Assembly (NCBI GenBank): GCA_964638895.1
Contig: CAZWYY010000012.1
Location: 950-64,949, forward strand
Source: an uncultured Spirochaetaceae bacterium
GTDB taxonomy: Bacteria; Spirochaetota; Spirochaetia; SZUA-6; RPPD01
Direction: 5' to 3'
Length of the DNA stretch: 64,000 nt
Shown one piece after another: positions 9,095 to 18,170 of the stretch; the first letter of the stretch is position 1, and every line of letters begins with the position of its first letter. The notes below the pieces were generated by a model. It was not told the origin of the DNA and searched no databases. It saw only the letters and a list, made by a program, of their open reading frames with translations. Both the position numbers and the translations under genes were made by a program.

Positions 9095-9460
9095 TTATAC
9101 GGGCGCTACCTTTAGTGTAATCAGGGTGCCTAAAACCGCGCCGCAAAAATCCATGATTCCATCCAGCAGTTCGGGAGTTCTCCCGGTGTAGCCCTGTAAT
9201 ATCTCGATACCCACACCCCACAGCGTACAGATGATCACTGAGAGCATAAGCGCCCATAATTTATGCGGTTTCTTAATATAGAAAAAGAAGTACCCCAGCG
9301 CGCCCAGTACCAGGTACGCCGCAGTATGCAGAAGCTTGTCCGTGAAGGGGACCCCGATTTCCGGAATGGCCAGGGTTGGCAATAAAGACAGCACAAGGAT
9401 GACCGCCGCGGCCAGGGGAAAAAGCAGGTTGATTAACAGGTGAACATATGGTTTATGCAT
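9095..9460 (-). CDS. VanZ-like membrane protein
   Basis: 121 aa with four hydrophobic helices. FTDKLLHTAAYLVLG is the typical VanZ-family core motif. Confidence 0.75.
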   Translation of the reverse strand: MHKPYVHLLINLLFPLAAAVILVLSLLPTLAIPEIGVPFTDKLLHTAAYLVLGALGYFFFYIKKPHKLWALMLSVIICTLWGVGIEILQGYTGRTPELLDGIMDFCGAVLGTLITLKVAPV

Positions 9461-10160
9461 CTTCGGTAATGAGCAGTATTTTGGGATCCAGCTTTAAATG
9501 CAGATCTTCGGTTACCGCCTGTTCATGGTCTTTTTTTAACTCAAGCCTGATATACCCCTTTTCCGGCTTCAGGGTGACAAGGATCGCCGTTGCGGTGATA
9601 TACGGAGAAAAGATTTCCGGGATACCCTGCGCGTCTACGGCGTACTCCCCGTCCGGGAGGGAGGCGCTGAACCATATTTCCATATTCAAGCGGGCGGCGA
9701 ACTCCTTAAGGAGTTCAAAATCCGCAAGGGAGCCGTCTTTAAAGGAATACCCGTCAAAGATAATGCAGTCGGCGGCGAACGAGCCCTGGGTTACCATGGC
9801 CTCCAGGCTCCCGATAATCTGCTTCATGGCGATACCCTTCTGGCTGAAATTCATGATGACGCGGTTCTTAATGATCTCGTCGTGCACTTGCATGGCGTTT
9901 TCCAGGCTGCGCCTGCCGGCGATCTCCTGAAAAATATCCTCATACCAGGCGATGATATGCGAGGTGTTGCTGGAAAAGGAAACGTGTATCACGTGTTTTC
10001 CCTGAAAGAGCTGGTCCGTTGCCAGGTGCACAAGGCAGGCGGTCTTTCCCACCCCATTACGCGCCGCGATAATCCCGATATTTCCCTTACCCACACCGCC
10101 GTGGGTGGATTTCTCCAGAATGCGCAAGGGACTTTTCTTGATAAGCTCGGCTTTTACCAT
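9453..10160 (-). CDS. single-domain RecA-superfamily (KaiC/DnaB-like) P-loop ATPase, hypothetical
   Basis: 235 aa. Walker A is IIAARNGVGKTACL and the Walker B-like motif is ADCIIFDGYS. It overlaps VanZ by 8 nt and lies 24 nt downstream of the EF-G gene. Confidence 0.6.
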   Translation of the reverse strand: MVKAELIKKSPLRILEKSTHGGVGKGNIGIIAARNGVGKTACLVHLATDQLFQGKHVIHVSFSSNTSHIIAWYEDIFQEIAGRRSLENAMQVHDEIIKNRVIMNFSQKGIAMKQIIGSLEAMVTQGSFAADCIIFDGYSFKDGSLADFELLKEFAARLNMEIWFSASLPDGEYAVDAQGIPEIFSPYITATAILVTLKPEKGYIRLELKKDHEQAVTEDLHLKLDPKILLITEDA

Positions 10161-10184
10161 AGTTTTTGACTCTCCTTTTATCGC

Positions 10185-12266
10185 CTAATTTTTCTTCTTG
10201 GCGGCCTCATAGTCTTTGATCAATTTTTCCGCAATGCTCTGCGGTGTTTTACCGTAGCGCAGGAACTCCATGGTGAACTCGGCCTTTCCCTGTGAAAGTG
10301 AGCGCAGCACCGTCGAATACCCGAACATTTCACTCAAAGGCACCTCGGCCTCAATGCGCGAGAACGCACTGTCCTCGCTGGTGCTGACGATCATTCCCCG
10401 GCGCTGGTTAATGCTGGCGAACACATTGCCCTGGTACTCGTTGGGACTTTCCACCACCACCTTCATGATCGGTTCCAGGATTTGCGGGGCGGCCTTCCTG
10501 TATATCTCCCTGAACGCCCCGATGGCCGCCTGCTGAAAGGCGATATCGGACGAATCCACGGGATGGTAACTGCCGTCATTAATGGTCACCCTGATCCCGA
10601 CCACGGGAAATCCCAGCAGTGTTCCTTGTTCCATGGCTTTCTTGAACCCCTTGTCGCAGGACGGAATAAACTCTTTGGGGATCACCCCTCCCTTGGTGCC
10701 GTCCACGAACAGGTAGTCCTCCTGGTCCCAGGGTTCGATAAAACCGGCCACGCGCGCGAACTGCCCGGCCCCGCCGGTCTGCTTTTTATGCGTATAATTG
10801 AACTCAACCGTTTTGCTGATGGTTTCCCTATAGGCAACCTGCGGCATGCCCGTTTCCAGCTCCACCTTGTATTCTCTTTTCATGCGCTCCAGGTACACGT
10901 CCAGGTGCAGCTCCCCCATGCCCTTGATGATGGTCTCGTTCGATTCCGGGTCTACATAACTCTTGAAGGTGGGGTCCTCCTTGGAGAACCTGTTGATGGC
11001 CTTGGACATATTGTCGGAAGACTGCTTGTCTTTTGGTTTTACGGCCAGGGAGATTACCGGTTCGGGCACGAACATGGATGTCATGGTGTAATTTAACGAG
11101 GGATCGGTGAAGGTATCGCCGGACGCGCAGTCGATCCCGAACAGGGCCACGATATCCCCGCTGGGCGCGCTCTCGATATCTTCCATGTTGTCGGCGTGCA
11201 TGCGGACCAGCCTGCCCACACGGAACTTCTTCTGGGCCCGCGAGTTATAAAGCTCAACCCCCTTTTTTATCTGTCCCCGGTATATGCGGATGTAGGTAAG
11301 CTGGCCGTACTGGCCGTCCTCCAGTTTGAAGGCCAGGGCTACGGGAGGAAGGGAATTTTCCCCCTTGAGTTCCACAGGCGCCTCATTGTTTTCCAGGTCC
11401 AGCGCCGTGTTGGGAGTGTCAAACGGCGAAGGCAGGTAGTTGATTACGGCGTCGATCAGCGGCTGCACGCCGATGTTCTTATAGGCCGAGCCCAACAGTA
11501 CCGGCGTAAACTTGCATTCGATGGTCCCCCTGCGCACCGCTTCAATTATCTGTGCGGGCGTAGTGGCGCCCTCCAGGTAGCTCTCCGCCAGCTCATCGGA
11601 AAACATTGACACTGCGTCCACAAGCTCTTCATGCCTGGCCGCGGCCTCCTGCGCCAGCCCGGCGGGGATCTCATCTATCCGCAGCTCCTCTCCGCCCGGG
11701 CCGTCGAAATACACGGCCTTCATCTCCACCAGGTCGACGACACCCCTAAGCTTATCCTCAAGCCCGATGGGAAGCTGCAGCAGCGCCGCGTTGTGCCCGA
11801 GCTTCTCTTTCAGCTGGTCCTTCACCTTTATTGGATCGGCTCCCACCCGGTCGCACTTATTGACAAACGCGATCCTGGGCACATTATACCGCTTCAGCTG
11901 CCGGTCCACCGTGATGGACTGCGACTGTACGCCGCCCACGGCGCAGAGTACCAGAATCGCGCCGTCCAACACGCGCAGCGCGCGCTCAACCTCGATCGTA
12001 AAATCAACATGTCCGGGCGTATCGATGATATTAATGGAATGGCCTTTCCACTCAACATTGGTGGCGGCAGAGGCGATGGTAATGCCCCGCTCGCGTTCCA
12101 GCGCCATGGAATCCATGGTCGCGCCCACGCCGTCTTTTCCACGCACCTCGTGCATGGTGTGGATTTTTTTGCAGTAAAAAAGAATCCGTTCGGTAAGCGT
12201 GGTTTTTCCCGAGTCAATATGGGCGCTGATCCCGATATTACGCATATGTACATTGTTGTCGTTCAT
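10185..12266 (-). CDS. fusA: translation elongation factor G (EF-G family GTPase)
   Basis: Start is chosen at ATG 12266 ([29 protein letters not shown]). G motifs are [17 protein letters not shown] and NKCD. Domains II-V are present through ...[12 protein letters not shown]. It is not linked to rpsL/rpsG/tuf, so it may be a second EF-G paralogue. Confidence 0.93.
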   Translation of the reverse strand: MNDNNVHMRNIGISAHIDSGKTTLTERILFYCKKIHTMHEVRGKDGVGATMDSMALERERGITIASAATNVEWKGHSINIIDTPGHVDFTIEVERALRVLDGAILVLCAVGGVQSQSITVDRQLKRYNVPRIAFVNKCDRVGADPIKVKDQLKEKLGHNAALLQLPIGLEDKLRGVVDLVEMKAVYFDGPGGEELRIDEIPAGLAQEAAARHEELVDAVSMFSDELAESYLEGATTPAQIIEAVRRGTIECKFTPVLLGSAYKNIGVQPLIDAVINYLPSPFDTPNTALDLENNEAPVELKGENSLPPVALAFKLEDGQYGQLTYIRIYRGQIKKGVELYNSRAQKKFRVGRLVRMHADNMEDIESAPSGDIVALFGIDCASGDTFTDPSLNYTMTSMFVPEPVISLAVKPKDKQSSDNMSKAINRFSKEDPTFKSYVDPESNETIIKGMGELHLDVYLERMKREYKVELETGMPQVAYRETISKTVEFNYTHKKQTGGAGQFARVAGFIEPWDQEDYLFVDGTKGGVIPKEFIPSCDKGFKKAMEQGTLLGFPVVGIRVTINDGSYHPVDSSDIAFQQAAIGAFREIYRKAAPQILEPIMKVVVESPNEYQGNVFASINQRRGMIVSTSEDSAFSRIEAEVPLSEMFGYSTVLRSLSQGKAEFTMEFLRYGKTPQSIAEKLIKDYEAAKKKN

Positions 12267-12355
12267 GTCAGATCCCTGATAGTTGTTTTCCTTGATTATA
12301 ATTGGTAGAAAGGAAAATATAATAATCCGCAGGAGCGAAGTCAAGCAAAATCATC

Positions 12356-13621
12356 TTAAAAATTCCTTTTAAACACGCTTTGTGTTTTTTTCAGAATCAG
12401 ATCCGCGTCCAATGGCTTGATAAGATAGCTGTTCACCCCGAAACTGACGGCCTTTAATATCGTGGTGCGCTGCGATACCGTGGAAAGCACGATCACGGGT
12501 ATATCCATCCCCTTTTTTTTAAGATAATCCATAACACCGAAACCGTCTATACCCGGCATCAGGATATCCAAAAACACCAGGTCAAAATCGGTTTTTTCAC
12601 AGGCAAGGATAAACTCCGTGCCGCTGCCGTATTTATGAATATTCCACCCGGTTCCGGTGAACGCGGATTCCAGCAGCTCCTGGATGAGTTCATCGTCATC
12701 AACTACGGCTATGTGCGCCGGGCGGCGTGTTTCCGCGGTAAAAAACTGCGGCAGCTCATCCTGCTCGCGGTGGAACTTGAGTTCCAGGCCCGCCTGGCCC
12801 CCGGTTTCACCCTGCCCCGGGTTGACCAGGTTTTGTTTCAGCATTGTTTTCCCGCTGGAAACAAACTGCGAAACATTTAAATCGAAGATTCTGTCCATTA
12901 CCTGTTCCAGGCTCCCGGCCGCCTCAATACCGCGGTATTTTTCATCGGCGGCCAGAAAGGTCCTCACCGGCGCGGCCGTGGTCAACACCTTTATCCGTGC
13001 CGCCCCGGAACCCGTGGCCGCGAGGATCGTGTCGAACAGGAGCTCAAGTTTGACCGTGTCGGCGGGGGTAAGCTTCAGATCGGACATGATAACCAGCACC
13101 TTGGGCCGGGTTACCCTGAAAATCTGAATAAGTTCGAGTATCTTATATTTCAGGACCTCAATCTTATCGGTATTCAGGCCCTTGGCGATCTCGATAAAAA
13201 GCACGTTTTCGTTGAAATGAACATCAAGCATACAGGGGGTCGGCTCCACTGAAAGCGGAATACGCAGGCCGTCCGCGAGCATGCTCACCAGGATATCAAC
13301 CCGAATAGGTTTGGGAATTACCTTGAGTATGTTATGTTTTTTCATATAGACCGGATCGGGCATGACCTTAGAGGAAGTAATAATTACAACGGGTATGTCC
13401 TTTATGGTGGGGCTTTGTGTCTTTTTTTCCACGATCTCGGTCCCCCTCAGGCGGGACAGATTGAAATCCATAATGATGATATCGGGCCTTGCACTGAAGA
13501 TTTTGGAAAGACCGTCCAGCCCGTTTAAGGCTACGGTTACCTCTAGTCCGAGTTTGGCGCACTTTTCCTTCAAATACTGCTGCAACAGGGATGATTCATC
13601 GATAACCAGCACATGTTTCAT
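12356..13621 (-). CDS. response regulator with two receiver domains flanking a STAS-like central domain
   Basis: 421 aa. REC1 is MKHVLVIDES...DIIIMDFNL...PKP. REC2 is AHIAVVDDDE...DLVFLDILMPGIDG...KPL. The middle region of about 170 aa (VLFIEIAKGLNTDKIEVLKYKI...VLVIMSDLKLTPADTVKLELL) resembles an anti-sigma-antagonist (STAS) fold; that part is inference. Confidence 0.75.
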   Translation of the reverse strand: MKHVLVIDESSLLQQYLKEKCAKLGLEVTVALNGLDGLSKIFSARPDIIIMDFNLSRLRGTEIVEKKTQSPTIKDIPVVIITSSKVMPDPVYMKKHNILKVIPKPIRVDILVSMLADGLRIPLSVEPTPCMLDVHFNENVLFIEIAKGLNTDKIEVLKYKILELIQIFRVTRPKVLVIMSDLKLTPADTVKLELLFDTILAATGSGAARIKVLTTAAPVRTFLAADEKYRGIEAAGSLEQVMDRIFDLNVSQFVSSGKTMLKQNLVNPGQGETGGQAGLELKFHREQDELPQFFTAETRRPAHIAVVDDDELIQELLESAFTGTGWNIHKYGSGTEFILACEKTDFDLVFLDILMPGIDGFGVMDYLKKKGMDIPVIVLSTVSQRTTILKAVSFGVNSYLIKPLDADLILKKTQSVFKRNF

Positions 13622-13659
13622 ATTATTAAGGTATAACGAAAAAGAAATTTTAACAAGAT

Positions 13660-14025
13660 TTAATCGGGCGCACCGTGCCGCTTGTTTAAAATCTGCGCCG
13701 AAGCGGCCCGCAACTCGGCCAGGCAGTCATAAAGCTCCTTTTTTTGTTTCGCGGTTAAAGCCCTGTCGTGTTTCATCGGTGTCACCAGGTATTCCTCACA
13801 TTGGTGCGCCGCATTTGAAAGCCACCTGAATCCGAAGCTTCCGCCCGTACCGCTTAATTTATGAAGTTCCATGTGCGTCCGCAGTGCAACCTCCCTGTCC
13901 CAAGGCGCTTCCAGTAACAAACTGAAATCTTTTTCAATTTGTTCGAGACGCACCGGCAGCCTTTGCGAAAACTTGTCTCCCAGGCCCTGCAATGTACGGC
14001 CGATCGCTGATTTTTTATCCGTCAT
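13660..14025 (-). CDS. histidine phosphotransfer (HPt) domain protein
   Basis: 121 aa. HELHKLSGTGGSFGF matches the HPt phospho-His helix (H-x-x-K-G). Confidence 0.8.
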   Translation of the reverse strand: MTDKKSAIGRTLQGLGDKFSQRLPVRLEQIEKDFSLLLEAPWDREVALRTHMELHKLSGTGGSFGFRWLSNAAHQCEEYLVTPMKHDRALTAKQKKELYDCLAELRAASAQILNKRHGAPD

Positions 14026-14412
14026 CTAATGTGCTTCCCAGATTTTTTTTATAGAATCGGCCAGGGTGAGCGGATCAAACGGCTTGAAAATTACGTCCAT
14101 GACTCCAAGCTTAAAATACTGCCTGGTCTCCTTGGGCTGCACCTTGGCGGTTAAAAAAATCACCGGCGTTGCGGCAAAGCCTTCAAGCAGCCGCAGCGCT
14201 TTAAAGGTGCTTATCCCATCCATATCCGGCATCATCACATCCAAGATCACCAGGTCGGGTTTAAACTCCGGGGCCGCATCAAGGGCTTCCCGTCCGAAGC
14301 TGCAGATGCGCACCTCAAACCCGCCCACGTCCACCAGGGCCAGACGCGCGATTTCCTGGATATCCGGATCATCCTCCACGTACAATATCTTTTTTAGCGG
14401 TTTGTCGGCCAC
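14026..14412 (-). CDS. single-domain CheY-like response regulator
   Basis: 128 aa with KILYVEDDPDI, DLVILDVMMPDMDG, LTAK and KPF. Its stop directly abuts the HPt start codon. Confidence 0.9.
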   Translation of the reverse strand: MADKPLKKILYVEDDPDIQEIARLALVDVGGFEVRICSFGREALDAAPEFKPDLVILDVMMPDMDGISTFKALRLLEGFAATPVIFLTAKVQPKETRQYFKLGVMDVIFKPFDPLTLADSIKKIWEAH

Positions 14413-14424
14413 TCGGCCCCACTC

Positions 14425-15723
14425 CTACAGCAGTTCCGCCGCCAGTTCTGCCAGGTCGCTCCGTTCGGATTTCAACAGGGTTATGTGCCCGAACAGGGAC
14501 TGCCCCTTGAACGCGTCCACAAGATAGGTCAGACCATTTGAATTGGCGTCAAGGTACGGACTGTCTATCTGGTACGGGTCTCCCGTGAGCACCATTTTAG
14601 AGTTCTCCCCGGCGCGGGAGACGATTGTTTTGATTTCATGGGGAGACAAATTCTGCGCCTCATCTATTATGATGAACTGTGAAGGCAGAGAGCGTCCCCG
14701 GATATGAGAAAGCGCTTCCAGCTCAATCATGTTATTGCTCAATAACTGCTCCATGCTTTTTATGGACTGGCTTTTATATACGCTGAGGATATATTCAAGG
14801 TTATCGAAAAGCGGCTGCATCCAATGAGAAAGCTTTTCCGATTTTGCGCCCGGAAGATAGCCGATGTCCTTACCCAACGGAATTACCGGCCTGCTGACCA
14901 AGACTCGAGTATATTTTTTTTCCTCTATCACCTTATGCAAACCGGCTGCGATCGCCAGGAGTGTCTTGCCGGTTCCGGCTTTCCCCATGATGGTGGCCAG
15001 GGTAACCGAATCGTCAAGGAGAATTTCATACGCCATGCGTTGTCTTTCATTTAAGGGTTTGATGCCGCAGACCGAGAGCGCCCCGATGTTTACATACCGC
15101 AATACCTTCTTTTGGCTGTTGTACTGGCCGAATTCGACCTCATGGGCATCCTTCTGATTGAGGATTACGAACTCATTGGGAGTAAACTCATTGTGCCATT
15201 CTATGAATCCGTCATCCTTTAATACTTTCATGGTCTCGGCCGAAATATCGAGTTCACGTACCCCCGTATACAAGGCATTGATATCCACCTTCTGCTTCTC
15301 ATAATCAACCGCCTTCAGCCCCAGGGCCGTGGCCTTTATCCGGGCGTTGATATCCTTGGAAACAAAGAATACCCGTTTACCTTCCTTCTGCAGTTTATAG
15401 GCGGTGAGTAGGATTTTATTGTCGTTTTTCTCAAGATCAAGGTCCACGGGAAGCGCTTTATCGTAATGCAGCTCCACCCACAACAGCGAGCCGTTGTCAA
15501 GGCGTACGCCTTTATTAATGTCACCGTGCCTGCTGATTCCGTCCAGGTAGCGGATGGCCTCCCGCGCATTGCGGCCGCGTTCGTCGCTGTAGGATTTCAG
15601 ACGATCCAATTCTTCCAGCACGGTGAGGGGAATGACGATTTCATTATCCCTGAAAGAATAGATTGCGTCATGTTTGTGAATAAAAATATTCGTGTCTATG
15701 ACAAAGGTCTTTACATTCTTCAA
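14425..15723 (-). CDS. PIN-domain + PhoH-like ATPase (YlaK-type)
   Basis: 432 aa. The N-terminal PIN reads FVIDTNIFIH...VLEELD. The C-terminal PhoH has the P-loop GKAGTGKT and IIIDEAQN...LTGDPYQID. Confidence 0.88.
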   Translation of the reverse strand: MKNVKTFVIDTNIFIHKHDAIYSFRDNEIVIPLTVLEELDRLKSYSDERGRNAREAIRYLDGISRHGDINKGVRLDNGSLLWVELHYDKALPVDLDLEKNDNKILLTAYKLQKEGKRVFFVSKDINARIKATALGLKAVDYEKQKVDINALYTGVRELDISAETMKVLKDDGFIEWHNEFTPNEFVILNQKDAHEVEFGQYNSQKKVLRYVNIGALSVCGIKPLNERQRMAYEILLDDSVTLATIMGKAGTGKTLLAIAAGLHKVIEEKKYTRVLVSRPVIPLGKDIGYLPGAKSEKLSHWMQPLFDNLEYILSVYKSQSIKSMEQLLSNNMIELEALSHIRGRSLPSQFIIIDEAQNLSPHEIKTIVSRAGENSKMVLTGDPYQIDSPYLDANSNGLTYLVDAFKGQSLFGHITLLKSERSDLAELAAELL

Positions 15724-15775
15724 TACATACTCCGCCCGCGATTAATTCAAAGCTTACTATGATTCCGGTAAAAAT

Positions 15776-16441
15776 TCAATTTATTTTGATCATTGCCAGC
15801 AGGAACCTTTCCAGGTCTTTATAAAATCTAAAGGTCAGGTCCGCCACACTTCCCTTCACCGGTTTATGACTCAGATGCGCGGTCTTTATACCGATCTGCG
15901 AGGCGCCGATGATATCATAGCGGTAGTTGTTGCCCACGTAGAGGGTGGCCTGTGGGAGTGTATTCAGCCTGCGCAAAAGCTCCCTGAAAGGGGCGGGATG
16001 AGGTTTTAAATAACCTGTTTCCTCCGAGGAAAAGGCGCAGTCCCAAAGACCGGACAGTTCCATATTCTCTAGTTTTCGCTGCACGGGCAGGTCCGAAAGC
16101 ACCGCTATTTTCATATCCATCCGCTTTAGTTTTAACAGCAGGTCTTTGACGCCGTGATACGGTTTAATATATTTGAATACCGCAGGCCATTTGTCGTACA
16201 CAACCTGACTGATAAGCTGTTGGGCCTTTTTTTCGGCGATATGCATTCTGCCGGCAAGCAGCGACGCCTGGAGTTTATAAAAGTCTCCCACCTCCCGGTA
16301 TTGCCTTATCTGTTTTCTGACGATACGGAAATGGTTGAGAAAACGGGGATACTGTATCCCGAGTATGATAGAAGCCAGGAACATCTTATAATCGGGGTAA
16401 AGGGTACCGTCTATGTCAAAGGCAACAGCTTTTATCTGCAT
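15776..16441 (-). CDS. HAD-superfamily hydrolase (subfamily IA-like)
   Basis: 221 aa. Motif I is AVAFDIDGTLY, motif II is VLSD, and motifs III/IV are K...VGNNYRYDI. Confidence 0.8.
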   Translation of the reverse strand: MQIKAVAFDIDGTLYPDYKMFLASIILGIQYPRFLNHFRIVRKQIRQYREVGDFYKLQASLLAGRMHIAEKKAQQLISQVVYDKWPAVFKYIKPYHGVKDLLLKLKRMDMKIAVLSDLPVQRKLENMELSGLWDCAFSSEETGYLKPHPAPFRELLRRLNTLPQATLYVGNNYRYDIIGASQIGIKTAHLSHKPVKGSVADLTFRFYKDLERFLLAMIKIN

Positions 16442-16483
16442 GTAGTGAAAACCTGATACGTATTATTACGAAACTAAAACGAT

Positions 16484-16511
16484 AGTATAACGTGAAAAAT
16501 GCAAAAATCAA
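16484..16511 (-). promoter_or_regulatory. sigma70-like promoter candidate for the HAD/PhoH/phosphorelay array
   Basis: The minus strand reads TTGATT, then 16 nt, then TATACT (-35 at 16506-16511, -10 at 16484-16489). This is about 45 nt upstream of ATG 16441. Confidence 0.45.
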
Positions 16512-16526
16512 TATATTTTACAAAAA

Positions 16527-17813
16527 TTATGGGGTTGTGGGAGAAAAAACGCCGGTGGCCTTTATACGCACCAGATGTACAAAATCGCCGGAATATTGGG
16601 AAATAAAGGCGGCAGCCGTTCTCTGGGCATGCTGGTCCAGCACGGCCAGGCGGAAGTTGCCGCGGACATCAAAATAAGGGAAAAAGAGCGCCACGTGAAA
16701 ATGACTGTGGAGCAGGGGGTTTTGGGGATAGATGTTATTCACCGAGCCTATGTAGAAATACCCCGGTTCAGCGGCCGCAAGAATAAACATAAGGAGTGTC
16801 AGGTTTTTTACCGGGTAACCGCTGTCCTCACGATAGACAAAATACTTGACCGAACGCACGTCCGCGGCCTCGAAAGCCTGCGGGTGTCGCGTACGCTCTT
16901 CTTCCAGAACCGCCGCCAGGTTCCTGGTCCAGTCCAGGCCGAAATAAAGATCTTTGTATTTATAATACTCCTTGTTCCACCTGTTGCCGCGCAGGCTTTC
17001 ATGTTTCTGTTTAAGCAGTTCAATGTCAATGCCCGAACCGGCCAGGGGTCTGTAAAATCCGTCCACAACCCATTTGGCAAACCCCGAACAATTAAAACCC
17101 CTGGTATGATCCTGGGGATCGCCGGTTTCAATATATACGAACTCTCCCGTGCTGTTCTGAGCGCCGTCATCCGCCTCTTTAAGCAGTGGATGCAGTTCCT
17201 GAATACGCTCAAGCACGCGGTCGATTTCGGCGTAGTCCGCCGGATGCGCCCTGTAGAGAATGAGTCTCCAGTCGATGCTGTTTTCGGTCAGTTGCACGAT
17301 CTTGGAGAAGGGTTCGAACATGAGCGTCGAAAAATCGATGGGCAGTACAAAATTTCTGTAAAGCGGCTCGTTAAAAAACACAAGCTCGGCCAGACAGCGC
17401 CCGCCGTCCGGCACTATTTTAAGATAACAGTAGGGTTCGGCGCGTAATACGATTTTCATCCATTGAAACAATCCGTTTTTACGGCTGCGCTTTATAATAT
17501 AGGAACCCTTGGCATCCCTGGGAAACCTGCCGTCGTCACCAGTGATGAAAGAATAAAACAGATCCTCTCCCCGGATGAGTTTCTCATACTTAACCCTGTA
17601 ACTCTTTCCCCATACGGGGAAATATCGGGTGTCCCCCATATCATCAAACAACGGCGCCAGCACCTCGTCCTTTACCTGCTGCCGTACCTCATAGTTTTCC
17701 GGGAAATCAAAAAACTCATAGGCCAGTGAATCTTGGGTATAGGTAAAGGCGGCCGCGGCCGCGGCGCAGACAATAATACCGGTGACTAACCTTTTAAAAA
17801 CCATACGCATCAT
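16527..17813 (-). CDS. secreted hypothetical protein with an NlpC/P60- or transglutaminase-like Cys motif
   Basis: 428 aa with the signal peptide MMRMVFKRLVTGIIVCAAAAAAFT. GFNCSGFAKWVVDGFY resembles the catalytic-Cys helix of papain-fold hydrolases, and a later HSHFHVALFF could supply the His. Fold assignment is inference. Confidence 0.6.
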   Translation of the reverse strand: MMRMVFKRLVTGIIVCAAAAAAFTYTQDSLAYEFFDFPENYEVRQQVKDEVLAPLFDDMGDTRYFPVWGKSYRVKYEKLIRGEDLFYSFITGDDGRFPRDAKGSYIIKRSRKNGLFQWMKIVLRAEPYCYLKIVPDGGRCLAELVFFNEPLYRNFVLPIDFSTLMFEPFSKIVQLTENSIDWRLILYRAHPADYAEIDRVLERIQELHPLLKEADDGAQNSTGEFVYIETGDPQDHTRGFNCSGFAKWVVDGFYRPLAGSGIDIELLKQKHESLRGNRWNKEYYKYKDLYFGLDWTRNLAAVLEEERTRHPQAFEAADVRSVKYFVYREDSGYPVKNLTLLMFILAAAEPGYFYIGSVNNIYPQNPLLHSHFHVALFFPYFDVRGNFRLAVLDQHAQRTAAAFISQYSGDFVHLVRIKATGVFSPTTP

Positions 17814-17846
17814 TCCCCGTTAGTTACCTTTTCGGCCTCATACGTC

Positions 17847-18170
17847 TCAAAGCTGATGCTTTTTGTCTTTTATACGGGTCAGGAGCTCAAGCAGCCGATC
17901 ACGGATTTCCCGGACCTCCAGCTTACAGTCCGGTGAGGCCGAGGTTATTTCAGCCCAGATCCTTTTCTTTGCGCCCTGGATTGTGTAGCGTTTAACATAC
18001 AGGAGATGCCGTAAGCGGTAAAGCAGGTGCATGTCCCTGTCCGAATACACCCTTCTCCCGCTTAGGTTTTTTGCCGGTGAAAGAAAATCAAACTCCTTTT
18101 CCCAGTAGCGGATCACGTGCGGTTTCAGATTAAGGAGTTTACTCACCTGGCCGATGGAGTATTTCTTCAT
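17847..18170 (-). CDS. MerR-family HTH protein (DNA-binding domain only)
   Basis: 107 aa. YSIGQVSKLLNLKPHVIRYWEKEF...RRVYSDRDMHLL is a MerR-type HTH. It overlaps der by 4 nt. Confidence 0.8.
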   Translation of the reverse strand: MKKYSIGQVSKLLNLKPHVIRYWEKEFDFLSPAKNLSGRRVYSDRDMHLLYRLRHLLYVKRYTIQGAKKRIWAEITSASPDCKLEVREIRDRLLELLTRIKDKKHQL

